A stretch of 61,724 nucleotides of DNA, counting the filler, from Dugesia japonica (Eukaryota): assembly GCA_001938525.1 (NCBI GenBank). It is 6 parts of 6 records of this genome, joined end to end, with 100 filler letters (N's around TTAATTAATTAA, not from the genome) between each part and the next. Parts side by side here need not be neighbours in the genome. Positions count along the whole stretch, not along the records: positions 39,030 to 52,401 come from MQRL01642836.1; positions 52,502 to 61,724 come from MQRL01587889.1; 4 more parts are not named here. One strand, written 5' to 3'. Below are positions 51,250-61,724 of this stretch, one piece after another (position 1 is the stretch's first letter; every line of letters begins with the position of its first letter). The notes beneath the pieces were generated by a model. That model ran no database searches and was not told the origin of the DNA. It was given only the letters and a program-made list of their open reading frames with translations. The position numbers and the translations under genes are program-made.

Positions 51250-51661
51250 TCATTTTATAGTTTCAAGAATGTCAAATGTTTTATTAAAAGGTGCGAGCAT
51301 TTGCTGGAGCACCGTCTCAACCTTGCGCGACAATCGGTCCGAAAGTTTGGCGTATTCCTCTGCCTCTGTTTTTACGGCTTGCAAGGAATGAATTAGGTGT
51401 TGTCTAGATTCCGAGAGTTCCGTGGTGCGCATTAAGAGTGACACAAGTTCCATCTCTCGATGTTCCTGCCCAAGAGTTAGTTCCGCTATCTGCTGCTCCT
51501 GTTGATCGACGCGGAGTTGTAGTTGATCGATCCGAACTAACTGGTCGTCGTATTGCTCCTTCTGTCGCAGCAAGGCTGTCTATAACACTTAATCTCTTCG
51601 TCCTTTACATGTAATCGTTCCTGCGTGATCCACCATGGATCCTGATCAGTCCCATACTTCC
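51250..51661 (-). pseudogene. Orphan coiled-coil ORF, one apparent frameshift near 51575
   Basis: Heptad-like Q/E/L-rich 107-aa frame plus an upstream frame; GC-rich island. Confidence 0.5.
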
Positions 51662-51879
51662 NNNNNNNNNNNNNNNNNNNNNNNNNNNNNNNNNNNNNNN
51701 NNNNNNNNNNNNNNNNNNNNNNNNNNNNNNNNNNNNNNNNNNNNNNNNNNNNNNNNNNNNNNNNNNNNNNNNNNNNNNNATAATTCATCAACTTGTTAAC
51801 TATTAGAAATACATAATAAGTTGGATAGATTTTAATATTATTTAAGTGTTTCATGTTTAAAAAAATAACTAAATTTTAC

Positions 51880-52401
51880 CACCAATCAACGATCACTCGT
51901 CATTACGGATGAGGTTGGATAATCTATGGCTCTTTCATACTCTTATACTCCNNNNNNNNNNNNNNNNNNNNTACATCTTCATACAATCCTTTCATATTTA
52001 TAATTATTGTATCTTCATAGAATCATTTCCTGTTTATCTTTACTTTAGGTTTTGCGAATCATCCATCCTCCTCCCAATGAAGATTGATCCATTGGCCAGC
52101 ATATCATATATAATCATTGTTCTAATATCCTCAGTACAATCTATAATAAAAACCAATCAGTATTAATTTAATCCAATGATATTTTTTTATAACATTTACA
52201 ATAATTAATCAGAATACACAGTTCGATATAAAAATTATTGGACAACATCATATAATAAGTAAGTTAGGATTCAACCACCACAAATTCGATATACCCACTT
52301 TCATTTCTCTTAAGTATTAGCAACACATTTAACCCTCGTCATTATCAACAATAACTTTCAATTGACTTTCAACTCTCGCTCTTTCATAAACATTTTTCAT
52401 T
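51880..52401 (-). pseudogene. Very decayed Gypsy integrase remnant
   Basis: EMKVGISNLWWLN resembles KMK..ARSYVWWP. Confidence 0.35.
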
Positions 52402-52501
52402 NNNNNNNNNNNNNNNNNNNNNNNNNNNNNNNNNNNNNNNNNNNNTTAATTAATTAANNNNNNNNNNNNNNNNNNNNNNNNNNNNNNNNNNNNNNNNNNN
52501 N
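52402..52501. other. Artificial scaffold spacer
   Basis: 44N-TTAATTAATTAA-44N. Confidence 0.97.
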
Positions 52502-52748
52502 AATAAATTAGAAAAATCAATATTTTGATTTTTTTGGATAAATTTAAATTCAAACAATAATTTTACTTAAAAATATTTTTCCAACGATAGTGAAATACAA
52601 TAATTCAAAACGTTGCTTAAAAATTGTTAAAAAGCTTATTTGAAATACATTTACACTTTCATCTACTTGTCCTAAATTCAGTTAAGTGATTGATTAACAG
52701 AATCAACTTCAATTTATAATCTATTTTATCATTGTTAGAATTCTGGAA

Positions 52749-52866
52749 ATGGAGCNAAGAGCAGTTATAAAATTTAAGTTGAAATGTGGAAAAACAGCGA
52801 TAGAAATATTTAAAATGATGCAAATTTTATACGGAAAGACTGTATGAGTGGTAATAAGGTCTTTCA
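52749..52866 (+). pseudogene. Mariner transposase N-terminal fragment
   Basis: MEXRAVIKFKLKCGKTAIEIFKMMQ. Confidence 0.7.
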
Positions 52867-53720
52867 ATGTTACCTATTTTAGCGATAATTTTTAAGAACT
52901 TCATTGAAAATAAAATTATTCTCAAAGGTGAGAAGAAGATACATCTTTGGTTCAGATATATAAATGATATTTTCTTTGTTACTAATTCTTCGTTAGAAAA
53001 TATTTTACAACTAGCCCATAGTATTATTGATAACATTNNNNNNNNNNNNNNNNNNNNNNNNNNNNNNNNNNNNNNNNNNNNNNNNNNNNNNNNNNNNNNN
53101 NNNNNNNNNNNNNNNNNNNNNNNNNNNNNNNNNNNNNNNNNNNNNNNNNNNNNNNNNNNNNNNNNNNNNNNNNNNNNNNNNNNNNNNNNNNNNNNNNNNN
53201 NNNNNNNNNNNNNNNNNNNNNNNNNNNNNNNNNNNNNNNNNNNNNGAGACTGAATTCCCTCAGGTTGATGAAAAATAAATTTCTAAATAATGGTTATCCA
53301 AATAGAATTGTATATAAACGTCTATACTCAAATACAGAATTTAACAAAATCAAACACAAGACAAATACAGTAATAAAATTACCTTTTATTAATGAGAAAT
53401 GTAGCCAAATCGTGCAAAGTATAAAAAAATTAAAAAAGCGAAACTCAAACACAGTCCAAGAATTATATTTAAAACGCAAGCACCTTTGGGTATCCTATTA
53501 CAGAAACTTAGACAGAATTTTTGTGATCCCAAATGCATTTGTGATGGTAGAAATATATGCAACAAAAAAATATCACTTACAAAATAACATGCACCTTATC
53601 ATTCAGAATCATTCAGAACCATCTATACAAGAATTAAAGAACATCTCAAACAGAAAGAAAGTGAAGTCTTGAAACACTTTCAAAACAAACATAATGTTTT
53701 GACAGAAACTTACATTATAT
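52867..53720 (+). mobile_element. Penelope-like retroelement fragment (RT and GIY-YIG endonuclease remnants)
   Basis: PILAIIF..FIE...WFRYINDIF; FLNNGYP; LPFI; TRIKEHL...KHF. Confidence 0.8.
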
Positions 53721-53949
53721 ATAAATCTTTAAACGCAAAACCATTCCAAAAGGTAATTTTTCAAAGAATGTAGTGGTTTCAACTAATGAAAAGGTATGAA
53801 TGTTATCAAATGAAATCACTTTATGGATTGAAAGGATAAGTTTTTAAGAAAAGTAGTTTTATGAAGATCCTGGATATAGAACAGATAATTTGAAGCACTT
53901 TTTTCAAACTACACAAGTTTGGACAAAATTATTGCAACCATTAGATATT

Positions 53950-54370
53950 TCGGTAAATAAGTCATTAAAATCGAAATTGTAAAGTATTTTGGAAATTTTC
54001 ATGATGGACTCGTATCTTGAGTATAAAAAGTCCGAAATAGTTTCTTACAAAGAAATATCAAGTTGGATTAGTGTAGAATGAGAAGGTGTTTCTGAGACTA
54101 TCATCAAGAATGCTTTAAAAAGGAATAAGATTTTATACTGAAGAAATACCTTTATTATCTAATAAAGTTAATGAGGATAAAGGTATTTTCTCTTATGAAG
54201 AAAAGACCGATAATGAATTGTATGAATTTCTTTTAAACGGTTTCAAATGTATTAGCAAGAACTAAATCAAATAAAATTGCTCGGAAATTCATGTATTATT
54301 AATTTATATGGTATAAATTATTAACATTTTTTCTTTAACAAGCCGCATCTTATAACGGAAAAACAGGGTA
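53950..54370 (+). mobile_element. pogo-like transposon 3' remnant
   Basis: ISSWIS..*EGVSETIIKNA and TIR-like end GCATCTTATAACGGAAAAACAGGGTA. Confidence 0.4.
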
Positions 54371-54647
54371 TATATATATATATATATATATAGAACAGAT
54401 AATTTGAATATATTTGTATTTATAACTAAAAATAGCGAATGATGACAAAGTATAAATATAGGGAGTTATTGACGATATTGAGGTAAATGATTTTATTAAT
54501 TATAATCAACGAAGTGAATTACTTGATTGTAGATTGGCCGGAAGACTTTACAAAATTTTTATTATTATTGGCTTGAAGAAACTGATGTAGATTATCAATA
54601 CTTCTATAATATTGATAATTTTGAAATCACGTAAAATACAAACTTAC

Positions 54648-57600
54648 CTTACAGGATAATCAGATTCACTAAGATTTATTAAAAAATCCCATTGAAGATT
54701 CCTTGAAATTATTTCTTGCATTGCTTTATAATATGCCAATAACAGACTTGTACCCCCCCAAATAGTTGGCATTGACCAACTGAATACAAATATATTCGTG
54801 TATTTGTTTTGTAACTTTATTAAATATTGTCTCAAGAACATAAATCTCTAAAATATTGCATTAATTATATCCAAATAGGATAATTTTCATATATGACGTC
54901 AAATTTGCTATGAAACAAAGATGATTTGGTTATTATTATACAATAAATTATGTTTAACAATATTTTCTAGTGAATAACAAGATAATTTGATTGTTTTTAT
55001 TGGTTAATATATATTTTTTACAATTAATTCATCTTTAACATTTAATTTTTTCAAACTTTTTTCAAAAACAATTTATCGATTTTTTTAAGAATTCCTCAAA
55101 TAATGATTTTTTGAATCGCATAAAATCAAAGTAGCTGAAGTAAAATTATCGAAATAATAGAAGCAAGAATTTTATTTGTGTTGTGTTTCAATTAAAAAAC
55201 ATTTACTCGATATTTATATGAAAGTTTCTAGCTGATTCCGATCGTATTCGTTTGATAAATAAGACCAAACGATATAAGAAAATGTAAATTCCTGAAGACT
55301 ATAATCGAAAATCCGGATAATTAACAACCAAAACCAAAAACAACATTTTGATCTAAGCTTTTTTATTTATTGAAACTTTAAAAGGAATATTTTTTCATGA
55401 GAGCAAAGTTTTAAGGCCAAAACAGAATTTATAGAGAAACTAAATAAAATTTATAAACTTAAGAGTATTAAAGGAGAATCTGAAAGATTTAATCGAGAAT
55501 CAAATTAACTGAAGTAAAATTATTGAAATAGTTGAAACAAGAATTTTATTGAATCAATCTCATTAACTCTAACTCAGACTTATCAATTATCCTATTGTTG
55601 TTCGTTATGCATCATTTATCATTGGATTTATTATTATTGTAAATTGTTATTGTCTGAATAAATAAATATGGAATTTATGAATACTATGGCTGGGCCATAT
55701 TCATTTGTCGATACACTGTTCGAAAACAGAACTGGTAGCATAATTAAATTTGATAAACATAAATCAAAGCAAACATAAACTTTTCTTTGATAGTTTCAAA
55801 ATTTAATAAATTCGAAAAATTTTTTTACAAAAAGTATAATTTTCAATGGACGGGTGCAAACATTCGAATTTCAGCCCAACTCTAATGAATACCAAATAAG
55901 TTTTACATAACAGATTTTGACTGAGTAAATATATCAGAGTTTAACAGAAATTGTGACGTCATATTTATAAAAGATTACATATTGAATTTTACTTTGTCAA
56001 CATGAATGAAATAATAATTTGACGATTTATATATTGAACTGATTAACTGATAAACTTGGATTACATCTCTACCACTTAACATAAGAAGAAAAGCAATAAC
56101 TATTTCACTTTTATTGTTTGAATTCGCTGGATTAACATTTTAATTAATATTTAAATTTCAAGAAGCATAAGTTACTAAAATGTATATTATGTAGTAATCC
56201 AGCGTTTCTCAACCTGGCTTCATATGGCAACCTGGGAGGAATAGATGTTACAAAGAAGGCATAACCAACTCTAAGGTAGTTTACATATGTACAATTTGTA
56301 GAAAATTACAATGTATCACTAACTAACTAACAATATTCACTAATATTAACTAGATATAAAAATCGATGAACTTTGCAAACACATGAAAGATTTGACCTGT
56401 TTATGCTTATGAAATACAAACGTATATTCAGATGACAAATAATACATTTTAGCTCTACTTTTCAATATTATATTTAACAAATCTGATTTTAATAAATTCC
56501 ACTTCAAAATACAAAAAATTTAAATCTGCTTTTAAAAACTTACAGTTATATATAAATCAATAAACAAATAATTGATTTAAATCAACCAATAACTAATATA
56601 AATCAATAAATAAATAATTGATACAAATCAATCAATAAATAATTAATATAAATCAATAAACAAATAATTGATACAAATCAATCAATGAATAATTGATACA
56701 AATCAATCAATAAATAATTAATACAAATCAATAAACAAATAATTGATATAAATAAATTAATTTATTATAAATCAAACAATAAATAATTAATATAAATCAA
56801 TAAACAGATAATTGATACAAATAAATCAAATAATTGATATAAATAAATTAATTTATTTTTATAAATCAATCAATAAATAATTAATATAAATCAATAAACA
56901 GATAATTGATACAAATAAATCAATAAATAATCGATATGAATAAAATAATTTATTATTGATATAAATAAATAAATTTATTATTACAAATCAATCAATAAAT
57001 AATTAATATAAATCAATAAACAGATAATTGATACAAATAAATCAATAAATAATTGATAAAAATAAATTAATTTACTATTATAAATCAATCAATAAATAAT
57101 TAATATAAATCAATAAACAGATAATTGATACAAATAAATCAATAAATAATTGATAAAAATAAATTAATTTACTATTATAAATCTATCAATAAATAATTAA
57201 TGTAAATCAATCAATAATTGATATAAAATTACTTTACTTTGTATAAAAAGCATTATATTGTATATTTAATCTTAGTTTTTAAAATTCACATTTAAAGGCT
57301 GAGTTTAAAATGTAATTTAAAAAATTGAAATTTTATGTGGATAAATTAAATTCTTGTTAATCACAGTTCGGATAAACGGAACTTTACTGCAATTTTAAAT
57401 GTGTACTTATTTCTTTTTCATTTTTTTTCTCTAGCAAACATTGAGGGGAGTTAAAGAAAAGGTAGCCACATGCCAAACAAAAGTTGAGAAACTCTGTTAA
57501 TATTTTNNNNNNNNNNNNNACAATTATACTTTACGTATGTAATAGGGAATGCTTTCGTTTCGTAAATAATTACATGATGTAAATCATAGTTTGAAATAAT

Positions 57601-57800
57601 AGTTTTCTTTTGTTCATAATGATCCATGCAATAACATATTTCCTTAATTATTGAAAAGTATTGATTCGCCAAATTTCTACATAAACTTGAACATATTTTA
57701 ATATGATTATCGGGAATTTCTCTTGATAAATTAAATTGGTGGAACTTTGCAAATTGTTCATTTGACAATACTACACTATAACTTGTATTCGGAAAATCAT
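54648..57800 (-). CDS. Peptide O-xylosyltransferase (GT14, oxt/XYLT-like), 5' exons about 57407-57800, 55993-56126, 54648-54847
   Basis: IAFLLMLSGR...YYFIHVDK|R, TIWGGTSLL, WDFLINLSESDYP; upstream Cys-rich WSC-like exon; junction phases consistent. True start uncertain, possibly up to 58054. Confidence 0.9.
56550..57230. repeat. AT-rich intronic minisatellite built from AAATCAATAAA(C/T)A(A/G)ATAATTGATA units
   Basis: Direct inspection; higher-order duplicated blocks. Confidence 0.9.
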
Positions 57801-58466
57801 TAATTCCGCCTTATTACAAAAAATTAAATAATTTTATTTTAAAAAATTACGATAAAGTGGACAGTAATTAACGTAGTTAACTTTTTGTGATTTTTGAAAA
57901 TAAAGTTGGAATTTCTTTTCACAAACTGATCGATTATCGTTTGCCAATATTTTAATAGGTTTGTTGAAATTCTAGATTTAAATTGAAAAAAAATTAACTT
58001 TACAGTACAAAACTTACGTTTAAATAATTCGAAAGAAAAAAATAATTCAAACATTGAAAAACTATAAAAAGAACAAAAAGTAATTTAAAATATATCCACC
58101 TCATTAAATATTGAAACACAAAATTAAAACTAGCGTAAACAATAAATAGTGAAACTTCAATATTATATATATTTCATTTAATTAAATTAATTATTATATG
58201 AATTATATTGTAATTAATATTATTATTATATTCATTACAATGAACTATATTTTTCTTTCAGTAATACTTATTTTAATTTATTTTAGCTTAGATATTCTTA
58301 TATTTTATTTATTCTATTTCTATTATATTAAATCTTTGCGATTTAATGATTTTGATTTAATTCAATTAATATTTCAGAAAAATATTATATTAATTTAAAA
58401 ATTTAATATAATTTAAATAATCATTATAGAAAATGAATAGATTCATCAATAATTTCGAATGAATTA

Positions 58467-59252
58467 ATGCTAAATATATTACTATTTTTCATCATACCGA
58501 TTGAAATATTATCGTGGACCCTTGAAAGTTCAACTGTTGGTTCTCTCGGACAAACATCTGTTGTAAAAATAGGTCAACTAGATAACAAAAATGGATTATT
58601 TACATGTAAACATTTGAGTCAAGATATATTTTCATCTGATCTTTATTGTAAAATACATATTATTAATAATCTATTTAAATGCTCAAGAAGAAAGAATTTC
58701 GTTATTTTTATGTATAAAGTTTATCCTGTAGACGAATCACAAATAAGTTGCAGTGCAGATAATATAAATGTCAATATGCTGCCATCAGATTTACAAGAAA
58801 TGTGGCTTAATGTTTATTATTTTGACGATCCATTTGATGATAAACCATTTGTAATGTATGATATAATCTATATTTCTTGTTTTTCTAAATCTGGTGATAT
58901 GGTATTATTTATAACCGATAAAGCTGAATTTGTTAAACAGTCAATTTATAAGAAAAATATAGTGATCAAATTAATATATTATTCACATGGAACATGGAAT
59001 ACAACAATTAGTTGTGTTCAAGGAAGTAAAAAGATCAATAGTACAGCTTTGTTTCAGTATTTGCCAAATATTGACAAAGCATTTTTGATTTCAACCATAA
59101 AGAAAACAATAACTATATCAATTTATGGTTCCATCGTGGTAGTATTACCAATAACTGTTTATATAATAATAACACTAATTATATATCAAAACTTTTTGAA
59201 ATTGAATTTCTACTCCAGTGATCTTAAATATCTTTTAGATAATTTTGAATGA
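58467..59252 (+). CDS. Orphan 261-aa predicted type I membrane protein
   Basis: Uninterrupted ORF in very AT-rich DNA; hydrophobic N-terminus, six ectodomain Cys, NTT/NST sequons, C-terminal hydrophobic segment and short tail. Confidence 0.72.
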   Translation: MLNILLFFIIPIEILSWTLESSTVGSLGQTSVVKIGQLDNKNGLFTCKHLSQDIFSSDLYCKIHIINNLFKCSRRKNFVIFMYKVYPVDESQISCSADNINVNMLPSDLQEMWLNVYYFDDPFDDKPFVMYDIIYISCFSKSGDMVLFITDKAEFVKQSIYKKNIVIKLIYYSHGTWNTTISCVQGSKKINSTALFQYLPNIDKAFLISTIKKTITISIYGSIVVVLPITVYIIITLIIYQNFLKLNFYSSDLKYLLDNFE

Positions 59253-59382
59253 GATAAAATATATAATGCATGAAATGCACAGTGCTATTATGCTTTTTTT
59301 ATTTTTTTTATAATATTGTTTTAATATTTCAAAAGGATTGAAACCATATGTAAAAGAACTTATTGTGGTTCTTACTAAATTA

Positions 59383-59651
59383 TTAAATGATTTGCTCTAT
59401 TATAGCATTCAAAGTCACAATGGAGAAGTCAGTAAGTATGAAGACACAAATCGTTTGTAAGTATGCGTTGCTTAGTACTTCTTGAAATGTGAAATTCTTT
59501 AGAGCGATGATGAATGCATGTTCCCGGACACTCGGCCACATTCTGTCCAACAGCCGCGACTTTTTCTGTTGAATGACCAGGACAAACACGAGTCGCTTAT
59601 TTGACCCAGACTTCTCGACTTTTTTGATAAACCTCCTTACACTTGACACAC
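59383..59651 (-). CDS. Unidentified probable terminal exon
   Basis: Acceptor TTTTACAG at 59652; open 89-codon frame, GC-richer than flanks. Confidence 0.4.
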
Positions 59652-60013
59652 CTGTAAAATTTTGTACATAATTTGTGAATCATGACATTCAACTTTTCAC
59701 CATTATTGTATTAATGTTTATTAATAAGAATGCGTTGATAAAGCACTTAATGACTGAAAAAAGTTTTTAATGAAATTAAAACCATAGAAAACGCATTTTT
59801 GTTAAAGAAAAACGATGGAAACGTATTTTTAATCTTTTATTAATCGAAGAAAGATTATAGTTAGATTTTTATTATAGTCTTGCACCAAAGGTTTTTCGTT
59901 ATTTAAATGAGTATTACAAATCAAAGCAATATTTTTTTTGAATAGGATTATTGAGATACAAAGTTATATCTTAGATTATTTCTTTTTTTCAATAGATCAA
60001 TATGTATAATCCT

Positions 60014-61724
60014 CAGTGGCGAAAATAGGGTGGGGCAAATGGTCATTTAGTCTTGAGCGCCACATTGAAAATTTGATAAATTTTATTCCATCAAAATTTT
60101 CAGTTTACAAATATTTGAAAGGCACAATAATATAATGAGATCGTTACTCTGTTTAGGTAACCAAATCAACAATTCGTGAGTTTATGTTATTCACATATAA
60201 ATATTAATAAATATAACAAGTTTGAATATACAAACAATGTTGTTTTTCGTTTACATGGATCCCAAACACGTTTCTACAAATTTTTATATTCTAGTCTTCA
60301 ACATTGGAAGTTATTTTGCTCTTTCTAATTCCAGTTGAACTTCCATATTTTTGTTGAGTAGGCTATGTTTCATTTGGAGCAATCCTTTAATATTCCTTAA
60401 ATTATATTTTTATTTTCAATAATAATTTGAAGAATTCGAATGGTTGTAGTTGGAATTGAGCCAAGTAATCCAAGTATGCAAGTATCTAATTCTACGTTAA
60501 AATCTGACTTTGCTTGTTTTACTTTAATTTTAAGTAGATAATATTTTCCTAAGTTTCATTTGCTAGACTTTTCAAAATTCTTTACGGAGTTTATTGGGCA
60601 TTTTGTATAAATTAAATATATCGTCTTTTATCAACATTAATTATTGTAATATCTACTCTTTCCCTTGAATAGGAAATATATTTGTTTACTTTATTGACCT
60701 CAAGAATAGCGTTTGAGGTTTTTATTTGCTGACAATAATGTTAAAGCTATCATTATGCCTTTCAGTTACTATTGCCCAATTCTTTTAGCATTTTTGAAGA
60801 ATATGTAAAAAGGTTTCATTTTCAGTAAAACAGCGCCGACAGTTTTGATTTTCATAAAATTATCTTCCACGTATTGATACACAGTTTGTACGTGCACTAT
60901 GAATGAAATTCCGTTGAAATTCATTGAGGTCTCTTTTGTAGATCATTTTATTATTAATTGGGCTCATTTGAATACATGAGAATATCAAGTTTCTCACTTC
61001 GCTATTTTTTCATTTTCAGCGCATGAATTAAAGAGTACATTGTGAATGATATTTGAAATTTCCTTACAGGATTTTTGAGTAATAACATATTTTTCACTTG
61101 TCTTGTTTGTCATATAAAGAACTATTTCTTTATTAAGAACATTAGATGAAGTATCTGTATCCTGAATCATTTTAAAAAATGATATTACAATTCTTATTCA
61201 CTGAATGTGTGTTTTCTTTTCCAATTTATTCATTTGAGACATTTAATCTAGCGATGGGCTTATTTTATTTATTCTTGAACTTTCTGCAAGACATGAGAAT
61301 TCTATATTGATTTTGTTTGTGTACATGCATCTTGATGTAAGTAATTTATAATATTACACAATAAATTGGATGCAATATTCATACATAGATCGACGCAAGC
61401 CGTTCTACCATTTTCGGCGAAATTGTAGACGTATAGAGTTTCAGATTGTTTCCGAAGATTTGATATATATCTAAATTTGAAACGAAGCTTACTGGTATTG
61501 TTGTGACTGACTTTTGGATTATTCTGAGAAAAGCTTAGGGCTCTAATTTTGATTTCACGCGTTTGGAATGAAATAGTGAGTCTAGAATGTAGGAATACTT
61601 TGTATGACTTTAGCTTCTGCCATCCTTGAGAGCCTGAATCAGCAATTTTTAAAAAATCATCAATGACTTGTTGTATTATCTCATAAGGACTTTGGTTGTT
61701 TCAGCCTCCTTGATAAAATTTTTT
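60014..61724 (-). mobile_element. Decayed hAT (Tip100/ZMYM1-like) transposon
   Basis: Terminus CAGTGGCG..GGGTGGGGCAAA; weak dimerisation-domain and catalytic-region remnants. Confidence 0.55.

Overview
AT-rich eukaryotic draft-assembly DNA, probably a triclad flatworm. That assignment is an inference from the AT content, 42-51 nt introns and ATT/GAT microsatellites. The window is not one locus: five identical 100-bp artificial spacers (44N-TTAATTAATTAA-44N) join six unrelated scaffolds (1-9149, 9250-17767, 17868-29182, 29283-38929, 39030-52401, 52502-61724). Host genes are six exons of a beta-spectrin, 5' exons of a peptide O-xylosyltransferase, an orphan 261-aa type I membrane protein and two unidentified terminal exons. 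The rest is decayed mobile DNA: two different Polinton/Maverick (adintovirus-like) gene modules, a pPolB and four Polinton-like termini, several Ty3/Gypsy remnants, Tigger, mariner, hAT, MITEs and Penelope. Three signals stand out. (1) A two-gene cassette occurs as two diverged homologous copies on different scaffolds. One copy is part of a four-ORF, splice-acceptor-led array 3' of a Gypsy pol, and its coiled-coil ORF ends in a conserved dynein light chain LC8-type motif. (2) A 30-bp GC-rich double-hairpin element sits in frame in both the Polinton protease and penton genes and shows compensatory base changes. (3) Other host-interaction modules sit inside Gypsy remnants: an intact RING exon and a PAM2-like motif. 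All homology calls come from reading motifs by eye; no searches were run.
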